The notes under the pieces are model-generated. The model was not told the DNA's origin, searched no databases, and saw only the letters and a list, made by a program, of their open reading frames with translations. From an uncultured Clostridia bacterium (GTDB taxonomy: Bacteria; Bacillota; Clostridia; Christensenellales; UBA1242), in assembly GCA_937891595.1 (NCBI GenBank), contig CALATF010000052.1, forward strand, positions 17,921-81,920: DNA of 64,000 bases. The letters are read 5' to 3'. Both the position numbers and the translations under genes were made by a program. Shown piece after piece: positions 21,461 through 32,126 of this stretch; positions within the stretch are counted from its first letter, which is position 1, and every line of letters starts with the position of its first letter.

Positions 21461-21946
21461 ATGCAAAAAGAAACAATTTTAGTTGTGGCAACTGATGAAG
21501 AATATCAAAAAGTAAAAGGCAGAACGCCATTAAAAATAATTCAAACGGGCATAGGTTATGGCAACGTAATAAATGCTTTAAAAAATTTAGATGCAAAAAA
21601 AATAAAAATATATAATGTTGGATATGCAGGCAGTAATTTGCTTAAACGTGGAACGTTAGTAAAGGTAAAAAATAGTTATAATCACCACGAAAATGCACAG
21701 TTTGATGAAAAACTATACACTTTAAATGGTACGACCGATTGCTACACATCAAGTGATTTTGTGCTTAGTACAAAAATTCAACAACCTGTTGTTTTTGATA
21801 TGGAACTTAATGCAATATGCTCCTTTGGTTTTGAAGTTGAGTCCTATAAAATAGTAAGCGATAACTTATCTATGCAAGAATATGAAGAAGCAGATTTTGA
21901 AAAGGCATGGGTAGAAGTTTTAAATTTAATTAATAAGGGGAATTAA
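21461..21946 (+). CDS. Compact PNP/UDP-phosphorylase-superfamily protein (MTA/SAH-nucleosidase-like)
   Basis: 161 aa. The segments VATDEEY, TGIGYGNV, GYAGS, FDMELNA and IVSDNLS parallel the MTAN catalytic segments, but the protein is ~70 aa shorter. Confidence 0.6.
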   Translation: MQKETILVVATDEEYQKVKGRTPLKIIQTGIGYGNVINALKNLDAKKIKIYNVGYAGSNLLKRGTLVKVKNSYNHHENAQFDEKLYTLNGTTDCYTSSDFVLSTKIQQPVVFDMELNAICSFGFEVESYKIVSDNLSMQEYEEADFEKAWVEVLNLINKGN

Positions 21947-21952
21947 AAGAAG

Positions 21953-24442
21953 ATGAAAAAACAAGATTATTCAAAAGAATATGAACAAATTGTTGACAAC
22001 ACCAAGTATATTAAAGTTCACCTAAACGAAGAAATGAAAAAATCGTTTATTTCTTATGCTATGGCTGTTAACGTAAGTCGTGCTATTCCTGATGTTAGGG
22101 ACGGTTTAAAGCCTGTTCATAGGCGTATTCTATACGCCATGGGCGAGTTGAATTTATCTAACGACAAACCTTTTAGAAAATGTGCACGTATCGTTGGTGA
22201 CGTTTTGGGTAAATATCACCCTCATGGTGACACTGCTGTTTATGAAGCTCTTGTAAGATTAGCTCAAGACTTTTCTATTAACGAGCCACTTGTTTCTGGA
22301 CAAGGTAACTTTGGTAGTATAGACGGCGATCCTCCTGCTGCTCAACGTTACACAGAAGCAAAGCTTTCAAAAATTGCTGGCGAAATGTTAAAAGAAATAG
22401 ACAAAGAAACGGTAGATTTCTACCCTAACTTCGACGGTACTTTGCAACAACCAGTTGTTTTACCTTCACGTTTCCCTAACCTTTTAGTAAATGGTTCAGA
22501 TGGTATTGCTGTTGGTATGGCTACAAATATTCCACCACATAATCTAGGTGAAGTTATTGATGGTGTTATTGCCCTTATTGATAACCCAGAAATTGAAATT
22601 GAGGATTTAATTAAAATTATTCCTGCCCCAGATTTCCCAACAAAAGGTATTATTATGGGTAGAGCAGGTATAAGAAATGCCTATAAAACAGGTAGAGGAA
22701 ACATTGTTCTTAGAGCAAGAACTGAAATTGAAGAAGAGGAAAGAAGAAGTCGCATAATTATTACCGAACTTCCTTATCAAGTAAACAAAGCAAAATTAAT
22801 TGAACTTATTGCTAACCTTGTAAAAGATAAAAAAATTGAAGGTATTAGCGATATTAAAGAAGAATCTGACCGAACAGGTATGAGAATTGTTGTTGATGTT
22901 AAAAAAGATGCAAATCCACAAGTAGTTTTAAATCTTTTATACAAACACACGCCACTTCAACAAGGCCAAGGAATTATTTTCCTAGCTCTTGTAGATGGCG
23001 AACCAAAAATATTAAATTTAAAACAAATGCTTTATTATTACTTGCTTCACCAAAAAGAAATAGTTACTAGAAGAACTCGCTATGACCTTGAAAGAGCACA
23101 AGAAAAAGCACACATTTTAGAAGGCTTAGCAATAGCTTTAGCTAATGTAGATGAAGTTGTTAGAATTATTAAAAAGAGTGAAGATAAAGTAGACGCAAAT
23201 AACAAATTACGCCAAAAATTCTTGCTTAGCGAAAAACAAGCCACCGCTATTTTGGAAATGCGTTTGCAACGACTAACTAGTCTTGAAGTTCAAAAAATTC
23301 GCGAAGAATTAGACGGATTACGCATTCAAATTGCTGAATATAAGGCTATTTTAAAAAGCGAACAACGAGTTTTGGATATTGTTAGAAACGAACTTAACGA
23401 AGTTAAAGAAAAATATGCAAGACCAAGACAAAGTGAAATTAGCGTTGACTTTGACGATATTGATATTGAAGACCTTATTGAAAAAGAAGATGTTGTAATT
23501 TCTCTTACTCATTTTGGTTATATTAAACGTCAGCCTGTAAATGAATATAAAACACAAAAACGTGGTGGTGTAGGTGTGAACGCACACAAGACAAAAGAAG
23601 AAGACTTTGTTAAAAAGATGTTTATTGCAAATACTCATGATAATTTGTTATTCTTCACAAGCAAAGGACGAGTTTTCTGTCAAAAAGCTTACACCATACC
23701 AGAGGCTCAAAAATCAGCCAAAGGCAGAGCAATCATTAATTTACTACATTTATCCGAAAATGAAACAGTTACCGAAATTTTAACTCTTTCTAATGACTTA
23801 AAAGGCTATTTAATTATGGCTACAAAAGGTGGCTTAATTAAAAAGACTTCTATTGATGAATTTAAGCATATTAATAAAAATGGTAAAATAGCAATTAAGT
23901 TACTTGATAACGACTCGTTAATAAGCGTAGACATCACAAATGGTAGAGATGAAATTATAGTTGCTACACATGAAGGAAAATGCATAAGATTTAGTGAAGA
24001 AAATGTTAGAAAAATGGGTAGAAGTTCACAAGGTGTAAAGAGTATTAGTCTTAATAAGAAAGATTATGTTGTAGATATGTCAGTAATTAAAAAAGGTTGT
24101 CAAATCTTAACAATATCTGAAAACGGTTACGGTAAACGTAGCGACCCTAACGACTATCGCTTACAAACACGAGGTGGTAAAGGTATTAAAGCTGGTGTAT
24201 TCAACCAAAAAACAGGTAAACTTGTAAACTTAAAACAAATTAAAATGGAACAAGATGTTATTCTAATTTCAGATAATGGAACAATTATTAGGTTAGAAGC
24301 AGAACAAATTAGCAAAATAGGTAGAAATACTCAAGGCGTTAAGATTATGCGACTTAAAGATAAGAGCTATAAAGTAGTTTGTGCGTCTGTTGCTGAACAC
24401 GAAGAAGTTGAAGAAACTGAAGAAGTTGAAGGCGAAGAATAA
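21953..24442 (+). CDS. gyrA: DNA gyrase subunit A
   Basis: 829 aa with active-site region [10 protein letters not shown], a GyrA-box-like QKRGGVGV and an acidic C-terminal tail. Confidence 0.98.
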   Translation: MKKQDYSKEYEQIVDNTKYIKVHLNEEMKKSFISYAMAVNVSRAIPDVRDGLKPVHRRILYAMGELNLSNDKPFRKCARIVGDVLGKYHPHGDTAVYEALVRLAQDFSINEPLVSGQGNFGSIDGDPPAAQRYTEAKLSKIAGEMLKEIDKETVDFYPNFDGTLQQPVVLPSRFPNLLVNGSDGIAVGMATNIPPHNLGEVIDGVIALIDNPEIEIEDLIKIIPAPDFPTKGIIMGRAGIRNAYKTGRGNIVLRARTEIEEEERRSRIIITELPYQVNKAKLIELIANLVKDKKIEGISDIKEESDRTGMRIVVDVKKDANPQVVLNLLYKHTPLQQGQGIIFLALVDGEPKILNLKQMLYYYLLHQKEIVTRRTRYDLERAQEKAHILEGLAIALANVDEVVRIIKKSEDKVDANNKLRQKFLLSEKQATAILEMRLQRLTSLEVQKIREELDGLRIQIAEYKAILKSEQRVLDIVRNELNEVKEKYARPRQSEISVDFDDIDIEDLIEKEDVVISLTHFGYIKRQPVNEYKTQKRGGVGVNAHKTKEEDFVKKMFIANTHDNLLFFTSKGRVFCQKAYTIPEAQKSAKGRAIINLLHLSENETVTEILTLSNDLKGYLIMATKGGLIKKTSIDEFKHINKNGKIAIKLLDNDSLISVDITNGRDEIIVATHEGKCIRFSEENVRKMGRSSQGVKSISLNKKDYVVDMSVIKKGCQILTISENGYGKRSDPNDYRLQTRGGKGIKAGVFNQKTGKLVNLKQIKMEQDVILISDNGTIIRLEAEQISKIGRNTQGVKIMRLKDKSYKVVCASVAEHEEVEETEEVEGEE

Positions 24443-24456
24443 TTTCTATTAATAAA

Positions 24457-24493
24457 AAGTAGCAAGGGTTAAATAAACCCTTGCTACTTTTTA
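24457..24493 (+). terminator. Rho-independent terminator after gyrA
   Basis: GTAGCAAGGGT (24460-24470) pairs with ACCCTTGCTAC (24478-24488), followed by TTTTT. Confidence 0.8.
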
Positions 24494-24704
24494 TCATTAT
24501 TATAAAAATAACATTCAAACAAATGATCAAATTAAAAAAAATCGCTTAATATAAACATATTATTAATTATTATAGTTAAAATAGCAATTTTACATTATAT
24601 AATATTGTTTATTAATTATCATACTATTTTTTTATCTTTCATATTATTAAATATACAAAACAACATAAAAATGTGTTTGTTAATCTTTTTTAAAAGGAAT
24701 TAAT

Positions 24705-24992
24705 ATGGAAGTAATAGAGCAAGAGAAGGCAAAGGAATTTTATGAAAGCCAAATTACCTTAACTAATAGAGCAAAACTAACTTTATCTGGCGTTGAAAAG
24801 GTGTATGAAACAAACGAAAGTAAAGTACAATTAAAAGTTTCTGGTTCAAACTTAGTTATTGCAGGTGAAAAATTAAATATTTCTAGGCTAGATGTAGAAA
24901 GCGGTGTTGTTCAAATAGACGGGTTAATAAATGAACTAAAATTTCAGGTAGGAGATAACAAAGGGGGGTTATTTAAAAAGATTTTTAAATGA
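24705..24992 (+). CDS. yabP: Sporulation protein YabP
   Basis: 95 aa. The pattern LTNRAKLTLSGVEKVYETNESKVQLKVSGSNLVIAGEKLNISRLDVESGVVQIDGLINELKF is typical of YabP. Confidence 0.8.
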   Translation: MEVIEQEKAKEFYESQITLTNRAKLTLSGVEKVYETNESKVQLKVSGSNLVIAGEKLNISRLDVESGVVQIDGLINELKFQVGDNKGGLFKKIFK

Positions 24993-25516
24993 TACTTTTC
25001 CCTACATTTAATCATGTACTGTTGCTGTTTTTATATGTTTATTTAGGACTTGTGTCTGGTATAATATTCAAAATTATTGATAAGTTTTCCACCTTGATAA
25101 AAGCAAAAGTGGATAAACCCTTTTCTCATTTAAAAAAAGAGAAAATAGAAACGTCAACAAACTATGGTAAAACTAAAAAAAAGTTAAAAAATACTGAAAA
25201 TATATCAAAAATAAAAAAACAAAAACAAGCAAAAAATCATTTAATTATATTTAAAATAATATTGAATAAAACTAGAGTATATTTAGTTAAAGGTTTTTCT
25301 TCTTGCATTTTAATAGTTACTTTAGTATGTTTGGTTTTTGTAAGTTTTTTAATAAACTTGCAGTTAAATTTTGGCGAAATTAGAATAATATATGTTTGCG
25401 TTTGGGTGCTTTCCTTTTTTGTTGGTAAAAGATTTTTTAATTTGCTTGCCAACTATATAACTAATTTTTATAATTACTTATGTAAAAGGAAAAGTAAAAA
25501 TGGCACAGCAGAATAA
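24989..25516 (+). CDS. yabQ: YabQ-like membrane protein (spore cortex biosynthesis family)
   Basis: ATGA overlap with yabP, TM segments flanking a K-rich loop, and the conserved yabP-yabQ order. Confidence 0.5.
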   Translation: MILFPTFNHVLLLFLYVYLGLVSGIIFKIIDKFSTLIKAKVDKPFSHLKKEKIETSTNYGKTKKKLKNTENISKIKKQKQAKNHLIIFKIILNKTRVYLVKGFSSCILIVTLVCLVFVSFLINLQLNFGEIRIIYVCVWVLSFFVGKRFFNLLANYITNFYNYLCKRKSKNGTAE

Positions 25517-25697
25517 TAACAACAAAACAAAACTTTTAATATTTATGCTTTTAGCTATAATAATACTTTTAGTTGCAGGAATTGTTTATCAGTTTGTAGT
25601 TATAAAAAGGCTAGAAAAACAACAAAACGCAAATGCAATTATTAGCGTAGTTAATGAAGAAAATTCGAAAATGTTAAATTATAAAAATTTTTTATAA
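25500..25697 (+). CDS. Small bitopic membrane protein in the DivIC/FtsB position
   Basis: 65 aa with a single TM followed by a short polar segment. It sits after yabQ, matching the yabP-yabQ-divIC order, but is short for DivIC. Confidence 0.35.
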   Translation: MAQQNNNNKTKLLIFMLLAIIILLVAGIVYQFVVIKRLEKQQNANAIISVVNEENSKMLNYKNFL

Positions 25698-25789
25698 AAA
25701 ATCTTCGCAATTTTTAGTTATAAGTTGACTAATTTTAAGAATAATTTTATAATATATGCATATATTGATAATAAAAGGGGAAAATTAAT

Positions 25790-26011
25790 ATGGCAAAAAA
25801 ATCTGATTATTTTGGTTTAGGATATCTTGTTAGCTTAATTCTTGCAATTATTCCTGTAACTGCATGGATCTGCGGAGCTCTTACAAGATTTTCAGAAGGC
25901 AAAATCGTTGCTGGCTTAATTAGATTAATCTTCGGTTTCACAATCGTTTGGATTATCGACTTAGTATTAATGATTTTAAGCAAACATATCTTTAGATTAC
26001 TTAACGTTTAA
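25790..26011 (+). CDS. Small two-TM membrane protein
   Basis: 73 aa with SD AAAGGGGA upstream and its own terminator. Confidence 0.55.
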   Translation: MAKKSDYFGLGYLVSLILAIIPVTAWICGALTRFSEGKIVAGLIRLIFGFTIVWIIDLVLMILSKHIFRLLNV

Positions 26012-26013
26012 TC

Positions 26014-26049
26014 AAAAAAAACAACCTTGAAAAACAGGTTGTTTTTTTT
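26014..26049. terminator. Bidirectional terminator
   Basis: ACAACCT (26021-26027) pairs with AGGTTGT (26036-26042), flanked by an A-run and a T-run. Confidence 0.7.
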
Positions 26050-26067
26050 ATGCTCATTAAAAAATAA

Positions 26068-27288
26068 TTAATAAAGTTTATTGTTTTGTAAATAGTCTAC
26101 AAGTATTTCTCTTGTTGTTTCTTCATTTTTTGGAATAAAATAAGAGCAGGAAGCAAATGTTAAACCTATAATAGCAAAACAAGGAATAAACATGAACGGC
26201 CCTATAGCCATTAAACCATGAATAACAATTTGAACTAACCTAGACGCCTGAGCTCTGTTATTAAGCGCCACGTTACTTACACCCAGTATTTTACATCTTG
26301 TCATCATTCTTGAATAACAGAATATGCTAATAAATGAATATAAAAAGCCTATTACACCAAAAATTATTACATCTAGCCAAATTAAAGTTGCAACAAAAGG
26401 AACAGCACAGACTAAAGCTCCTGATGCAATACAACAGATGCACACTATTTTTGTTATATCTATTTTTTCATCTAACTTTCCGGCAATAAAGTTACCTAAA
26501 CCAAAACTAGCATAAAATGAAGCTTGAATGTAAGCGGTAAAAGTGTAACTTTCGGCACTAACCTTAAACAAATATAACGAAAATAAATTCATTAAAGCAT
26601 CTAAAACACAAAAAGCAAAGTATATTCCAAAATATCTTAACAAAAGTTTCTTAGTAATAACTTTTTGCTGGTGCTGTTTAATTTTAATATCTTTAAAACT
26701 TTCTACAGCATTAGAAGTTGCATCCTTATTAAATGTCTTTTCATTTTTTTGCCTAAAATAATAAATTAATAGCGGAATTACCGAGATTAAGTAACAAACG
26801 CAAGCAATTACAGCAACAATCCATTTAGGAAGGTTATCTAAAAATAAACCACCTAAAATAATAGCGGCAATAACTCCAGTGTATTCAAGTAATCTTGAAA
26901 AACCATTAGAGGAAGACCCCTTACCATAGGAAGCATAGTTATATGTTAATTCCATAGGTAAATCTTTAAAGGCAACAGCAAGTGAATGGAATAGTGCAGA
27001 AAGTATTATGCCAAGAACAATCATTTGGGTATCAAGCAAAATAATAGAAAGTGAATATGCTAAGAAAGGAAAGGTCCTAATAAATAAAAACACCTGAGGT
27101 TTCTTTTCCATTTGTTTTAAAAATATTTGAGAAAAGAAAATTCTAAGAGTCATATTTAATGCTAAAAACAAAAAGGCATAAGAAAAGTTATGTGTGCTTT
27201 TATAAATTATTAAAGCCAAAAAAGCCCCTACAATGTTAGAAGCAAACTGGGAAAATATCTTGTGAAAATTTAATAATTTTAATTGCAT
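26068..27288 (-). CDS. MFS-type polytopic transporter
   Basis: 406 aa with ~12 hydrophobic segments. Substrate unknown. Confidence 0.6.
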   Translation of the reverse strand: MQLKLLNFHKIFSQFASNIVGAFLALIIYKSTHNFSYAFLFLALNMTLRIFFSQIFLKQMEKKPQVFLFIRTFPFLAYSLSIILLDTQMIVLGIILSALFHSLAVAFKDLPMELTYNYASYGKGSSSNGFSRLLEYTGVIAAIILGGLFLDNLPKWIVAVIACVCYLISVIPLLIYYFRQKNEKTFNKDATSNAVESFKDIKIKQHQQKVITKKLLLRYFGIYFAFCVLDALMNLFSLYLFKVSAESYTFTAYIQASFYASFGLGNFIAGKLDEKIDITKIVCICCIASGALVCAVPFVATLIWLDVIIFGVIGFLYSFISIFCYSRMMTRCKILGVSNVALNNRAQASRLVQIVIHGLMAIGPFMFIPCFAIIGLTFASCSYFIPKNEETTREILVDYLQNNKLY

Positions 27289-27376
27289 GGCATTACCTTT
27301 TTACGTTGAGTATTTTTAAATAAATATATATTAAAAATTAGTTTAAAATTATATTTAAATTTTACTAAAATAATGC

Positions 27377-27404
27377 TTGAAAATCAAACAAATAAGTATA
27401 TAAT
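27377..27404 (+). promoter_or_regulatory. Putative promoter of queH (TTGAAA-16-TATAAT)
   Basis: TTGAAA at 27377-27382 and TATAAT at 27399-27404. The ATG at 27411 begins 7 nt after the -10 element and no SD is present. Confidence 0.45.
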
Positions 27405-27410
27405 TTAAAT

Positions 27411-27956
27411 ATGAATAAAAAGAAATTATTACTACACAGTTGCTGTGGACCATGTAGCACAAGTGTTATAGAAAAATTAAAAAACGAGTATGATTTAACA
27501 ATATTTTATTATAACCCAAATATATATCCACAAGAGGAGTATATAAAACGACTTAACGAACAAATTAAGTATTTAAAATTATCTAATCAAAATATTATTG
27601 TTATAGACGGCACTTACCAAGATAATGCGTTATTTGAAAAAGCTTACCAAGGTTATGAAACTTGTAAAGAAGGTGGCAGTAGATGTGAAAAATGCATATA
27701 TCTTAGACTTAAAAAAACTGCAGAATATGCAAAAAATAACAACTTTGATGTTTTTGCCTCTACCTTAAGTGTAAGCCCACACAAAAATGCTAAATTAATA
27801 AACGATTTAGGCACAAAACTACAAGAAGAATATAAAATAGAATATTTATTATCTGATTTTAAAAAGCAAGACGGATATTTAAATAGTATAAAAATATCCA
27901 AAGAATATGATTTATATCGTCAAAAATATTGTGGCTGCAAATATTCAATTTATTAA
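27411..27956 (+). CDS. queH: Epoxyqueuosine reductase QueH (DUF208)
   Basis: N-terminal HSCCGPCS and C-terminal YCGCKYS cysteine motifs; 181 aa. Confidence 0.85.
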   Translation: MNKKKLLLHSCCGPCSTSVIEKLKNEYDLTIFYYNPNIYPQEEYIKRLNEQIKYLKLSNQNIIVIDGTYQDNALFEKAYQGYETCKEGGSRCEKCIYLRLKKTAEYAKNNNFDVFASTLSVSPHKNAKLINDLGTKLQEEYKIEYLLSDFKKQDGYLNSIKISKEYDLYRQKYCGCKYSIY

Positions 27957-27969
27957 AAAAATCCTCTAA

Positions 27970-30405
27970 TTATTTAGAGGACTTTTTATTTATTTTAAGT
28001 TTTATTTTTTTATGTTTTTTCAAATCGTTTTCTAGGGCCTTGTCGCTACTTTCTAAAACGTTTTTCATCCATTTAATTTCTAGCAGTTTTTCGCAAAGCT
28101 TTTTAAACATTGCGTAAAAAGCAAAAATTAAAACACAAACAACTAATATAAATATTTGGTTTTGATTAGATAGTTCTACATATCCAAAGAACTCTGTAGG
28201 AATTAAAATAAGACAAGTTATACAAATAAACAACAATCCAAAACAAATATATGCTCTAAACTTATTTAAAGGAATGCAAACATTAAATAAAATAGCGAAA
28301 GCTCCAAGTGTTACAGTGTAAGAAAGTATAGTAGGTAATATTTCAAAATTATTAGTTATGCTGCAGTAAATATAACAAGCCATAGCGCTTAAGAATAATA
28401 TTAAAGCACCGGGTAGTGCTTTAGACGCCAAACTACCTATAAATGAACCTTTAATTCTTTCATTATTAGGTTGTAAAGCAAGTAAGAAAGCCGGAATACC
28501 TATAAAAACTGTTTCCCAAATTAAAATTTGGTTTGCTTGTAATGGATAAACAAAAGTAGGTGATATTAAAACAAAGATTGTTAAGAAAATTGTAAAGAAA
28601 GTTTTAGTTAAGAATAATGACGATGCTTTAGAAATATTATTAATAACACGTCTTCCTTCAGCCACAATTTTAGGCATTGTAGAAAAATTATTTTCTAACA
28701 TAACAATATCGCTAGCACTTCTTGTTGCCGCACTACCGCTTGCCATAGCAATAGAACAATCAGATTCTTTTAGCGCTAAAATATCGTTAACACCATCGCC
28801 TGTCATAGCAACAATTTTGCCTTTGTCTTGTAAAGCACTAACAATAATACACTTTTGCTCTGGTGTAACACGTCCAAATACATTATATTTGAAAGCCGCT
28901 TCGGCAACTTCTTCCTCGCTCATACCTTCAAGACTAATGCAATTATCTGCTCCTATAACACCAACCTTTTTACTTATGTTACTTACTGTATCTACGTTGT
29001 CGCCCGATATAATTTTTATGTCAACATCATTAGTATTAAACCACTCTATAGTTTCTTTAGCGTCTGGTCTAATATTATCTTGAATGGTAATCATAGCAAG
29101 TGGAGTAGTGTTTAATTCAATTTGTTCTTTTTTAATATCAGTTTTATTTTTGCATAACAAAACCACTCTATAGCCGTTTGTTGTAAAGTCCTTAATTGTT
29201 TGTTTTACACCTTTTTCTAACTTAGAACATACAAATTCAGGGGCCCCCAAAACATATGTGCCTTTGTCTTTAAATGTAACTACAGAATATTTTCTTTCGC
29301 TACTAAATTCAATAGTGTCTTTAACTTCCCAGTCTTTTTTTGTTCCAAAGGGATTTTTTAACGCTCTTTGTGTTTGGTTAATAGCTTTAAATGCTTGAAT
29401 ATAATTTGGCATTATAACTTCAATGTCTTCATAAACGCTATTTATAGCAAGTGTTCCAGTTACCGACATTGTTCCGTCTGTAATAGTACCTGTTTTATCT
29501 AAACATAAAACATTAGCCCTTGCCAACATTTCAATGCTATAAAGTTCTTGAACTAAAGTCTTTTTTCTAGCAAGTTTTAAAACACTTACAACTAACGAAA
29601 CGCTAGTTAATAAGAAAATTCCAACCGGCATCATTCCCATAACCGAGCCAGATATAGTTATAATAGCTTCTGAAAAATTATTTCCATTATATGCGTCAAA
29701 GAAAGACAATAAACCAAGCGGAATTAAAAGAATGCCAACTGTTTTAATTATAAAGTTTAAAGTTCTTAAAATTTCACTTTGATTACCTTTAAGCTCTCTG
29801 GCTTTCTTAATAAGAGTAGCCGAATAACTTTCTAACCCAACTTTTACTACTTGTGCTTTACAAAAGCCACTTACAACATAACTACCACCAAGTAATGTTG
29901 CGTTATCCGTTTTTCTAATAGGTCTACTTTCCCCAGTAATTAAACTTTCGTTAACTTCTACTTTTCCTTCAATTACAACACAGTCTGCACAAATTTGGTC
30001 GCCAGTTTCAAAGAAAATAATATCGTCTTCAACAACAGCGTCAATATCTACATTAATTTTTCTTCCATGACGCAAGACTTTAACCTTCGTTTTGCCAAGA
30101 ACTGTAATTTTATCTACAACTGATTTGGCTTTAATTTCTTGAATTAAACCTATAAGCAAGTTAGCAGCAAAAATAAATATGAATGTTATATTTTCAAAAC
30201 TATCCGCAATAATTAAAAGGGTAGCCATAAAAACGCATATTAAGTTAAACCAAGTGCAAAAGTTATCAATAACAATTTTAAAATATGACTTAGTTTTTTT
30301 TGTGTTTAACTTGTTAACTTTATCTTGCTTTATGCGTTCTTCAACTTGAACTTTGCTAAGGCCTACGTCAAAATCTATTTCAGTGTTAAGTTTTAATTCT
30401 TCCAT
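27970..30405 (-). CDS. Cation-transporting P-type ATPase
   Basis: 811 aa with TGES (ITGESRP), phosphorylation site DKTGTIT and hinge MTGDGVNDILALK. Confidence 0.9.
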   Translation of the reverse strand: MEELKLNTEIDFDVGLSKVQVEERIKQDKVNKLNTKKTKSYFKIVIDNFCTWFNLICVFMATLLIIADSFENITFIFIFAANLLIGLIQEIKAKSVVDKITVLGKTKVKVLRHGRKINVDIDAVVEDDIIFFETGDQICADCVVIEGKVEVNESLITGESRPIRKTDNATLLGGSYVVSGFCKAQVVKVGLESYSATLIKKARELKGNQSEILRTLNFIIKTVGILLIPLGLLSFFDAYNGNNFSEAIITISGSVMGMMPVGIFLLTSVSLVVSVLKLARKKTLVQELYSIEMLARANVLCLDKTGTITDGTMSVTGTLAINSVYEDIEVIMPNYIQAFKAINQTQRALKNPFGTKKDWEVKDTIEFSSERKYSVVTFKDKGTYVLGAPEFVCSKLEKGVKQTIKDFTTNGYRVVLLCKNKTDIKKEQIELNTTPLAMITIQDNIRPDAKETIEWFNTNDVDIKIISGDNVDTVSNISKKVGVIGADNCISLEGMSEEEVAEAAFKYNVFGRVTPEQKCIIVSALQDKGKIVAMTGDGVNDILALKESDCSIAMASGSAATRSASDIVMLENNFSTMPKIVAEGRRVINNISKASSLFLTKTFFTIFLTIFVLISPTFVYPLQANQILIWETVFIGIPAFLLALQPNNERIKGSFIGSLASKALPGALILFLSAMACYIYCSITNNFEILPTILSYTVTLGAFAILFNVCIPLNKFRAYICFGLLFICITCLILIPTEFFGYVELSNQNQIFILVVCVLIFAFYAMFKKLCEKLLEIKWMKNVLESSDKALENDLKKHKKIKLKINKKSSK

Positions 30406-30502
30406 ACACTTATTTTATCAAATATTAATAAAAATTACTACTACAAAAATTAAAAAATAAAAAAAACTTTTAATTATTTTATAATAATGTATAATATTAA
30501 GT

Positions 30503-31363
30503 ATGAAAGAAATAAGTAAAAGTATACAAATAGAAAGAAGTTTAATAAAAAAATTTAGAAAAGATATTTTTGCACCTTTTGTACGGGCATTAAAAACATA
30601 CGATATGTTGCAACCAAACGATAAAATTGCCGTTTGTATTTCAGGTGGTAAAGATTCTATGTTGCTTGCAAAATGCATGCAAGAAATTGCAAAGCATGGT
30701 CAAATGCCCATAGAACTTGTTTTTTTAGTGATGAATCCCGGCTATAACCAAAAAAATCACAAAAAGATTTTAGAAAATGCTAAAAAATTAAATATTCCTA
30801 TTACCGTTTTTGAAACACAAATTTTTGATGCTGTAAAAGATGTGCAAGATTCTCCTTGCTATCTTTGTGCACGCATGCGCAGGGGATATTTATATTCAAA
30901 GGCAAAAGAGCTTGGTTGCAATAAAATAGCCCTAGGACATCATTTTGATGATGTGATTGAAACTATTTTAATGAGTATGCTTTATGGTGCAGAAATGAAA
31001 ACCATGATGCCAAAAGTGATAAGCCAAAATTTTGAAGGAATGGAGCTTATTAGACCTTTGTATTTTGTAAAAGAAGAAAGTATAATAAAATGGGCAAATT
31101 ATAATGATTTAGATTTTATTCGTTGTGCTTGCAGGTTTACAGAAAATCTTGAAAAAGATGAAATGTCTTCTAAGCGTGAAGAAATGAAAAAGCTTATTAG
31201 CGAACTTAGAAAAGTTTATAAAAATGTGGATATAAACATAATGCAAAGTGCACATAATGTAAATCTTGATACGCTGGTCGGTTATAAAAAAGACGGAAAG
31301 ACGTATGACTTTTTAACCTTATACAATATACGTAAAGAAGATAAATTAAAAAATAAAAATTAA
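30503..31363 (+). CDS. PP-loop ATPase, TtcA-like tRNA 2-thiocytidine biosynthesis family
   Basis: PP-loop SGGKDS, CYLCARMRRG and ALGHHFDD. Confidence 0.8.
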   Translation: MKEISKSIQIERSLIKKFRKDIFAPFVRALKTYDMLQPNDKIAVCISGGKDSMLLAKCMQEIAKHGQMPIELVFLVMNPGYNQKNHKKILENAKKLNIPITVFETQIFDAVKDVQDSPCYLCARMRRGYLYSKAKELGCNKIALGHHFDDVIETILMSMLYGAEMKTMMPKVISQNFEGMELIRPLYFVKEESIIKWANYNDLDFIRCACRFTENLEKDEMSSKREEMKKLISELRKVYKNVDINIMQSAHNVNLDTLVGYKKDGKTYDFLTLYNIRKEDKLKNKN

Positions 31364-31496
31364 TTGTTTTATTTTATAACGTACCAGTAGTTTTACTCTT
31401 ATTATCCGCAAAATTAAAGCAAAACAGGCTGTTTATAAATAATAAACGTACAATAAGTCGAAAATAAAAACAATAAGTTATGCCAGTTATATAATA

Positions 31497-31530
31497 AAAG
31501 ACCTGCTTTAATTGAGCAGGTCTTTTTGTT
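31497..31530. terminator. Bidirectional terminator between the ttcA-like and tetR-family genes
   Basis: AAGACCTGC (31498-31506) pairs with GCAGGTCTT (31516-31524), followed by a T-run. Confidence 0.75.
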
Positions 31531-31538
31531 TTTATTTG

Positions 31539-32126
31539 TTAATTAAGTTGTTTAACAACACAACTGCAAAGGTTATCTATAAATGCTTTAGCTTCGTCTG
31601 TTTCATAATCATATTCGCTATCAACCTCTTCAGTTAAACTGCCTATAACACCATTGTAAGCAAAATTAATTGTTGCATCATCTATTTTGAATAAAGTTCC
31701 TTCTTCTTCGCCTTTATGACAAATAGCTGTAAACAAAGTAACAATAACTTCTTTGCATTTATAAAGCATTTCAGTAATAGTGTCAGCATCTTCTTCTGTT
31801 AAGAAAGGTGCATAGTTATCTAAGAAAGTCCAAGGCATAACCATCCAAAAGTTTGCTTTCATAGTAATAATTACAGCCTTAATAAAAGTTTTTAAACTTG
31901 CCCTGAAAGTAGAAACCTTAAAACCATTAGAGAAAAATTTAATCATTCTATTTAAATAGTAAATAATACTATTAAAAACCATTTCGTCTTTACTTGCAAA
32001 ATATTCATAAATAGTGCTTTTGCCCATATTGCATCTTTTTGCAACTTCAGATAGAGTTATAGACTTATAGTCCACACGGTCGTTAAGCATTGCTAAAACT
32101 TCTTCATAAATTAATTCTCTTTTCAT
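31539..32126 (-). CDS. TetR-family transcriptional regulator
   Basis: HTH ITLSEVAKRCNMGKSTIYEYFASKDEM. The ATG at 32126 with SD GGAGA is preferred over the ORF-track GTG at 32138. Confidence 0.85.
   Translation of the reverse strand: MKRELIYEEVLAMLNDRVDYKSITLSEVAKRCNMGKSTIYEYFASKDEMVFNSIIYYLNRMIKFFSNGFKVSTFRASLKTFIKAVIITMKANFWMVMPWTFLDNYAPFLTEEDADTITEMLYKCKEVIVTLFTAICHKGEEEGTLFKIDDATINFAYNGVIGSLTEEVDSEYDYETDEAKAFIDNLCSCVVKQLN

Noticed and set aside
21645-21656. parS-like half site AAACGTGGAACG inside the nucleosidase-like gene
   Set aside because: Only the right half resembles parS. The left half does not match TGTTNCAC, so it is not a palindrome.
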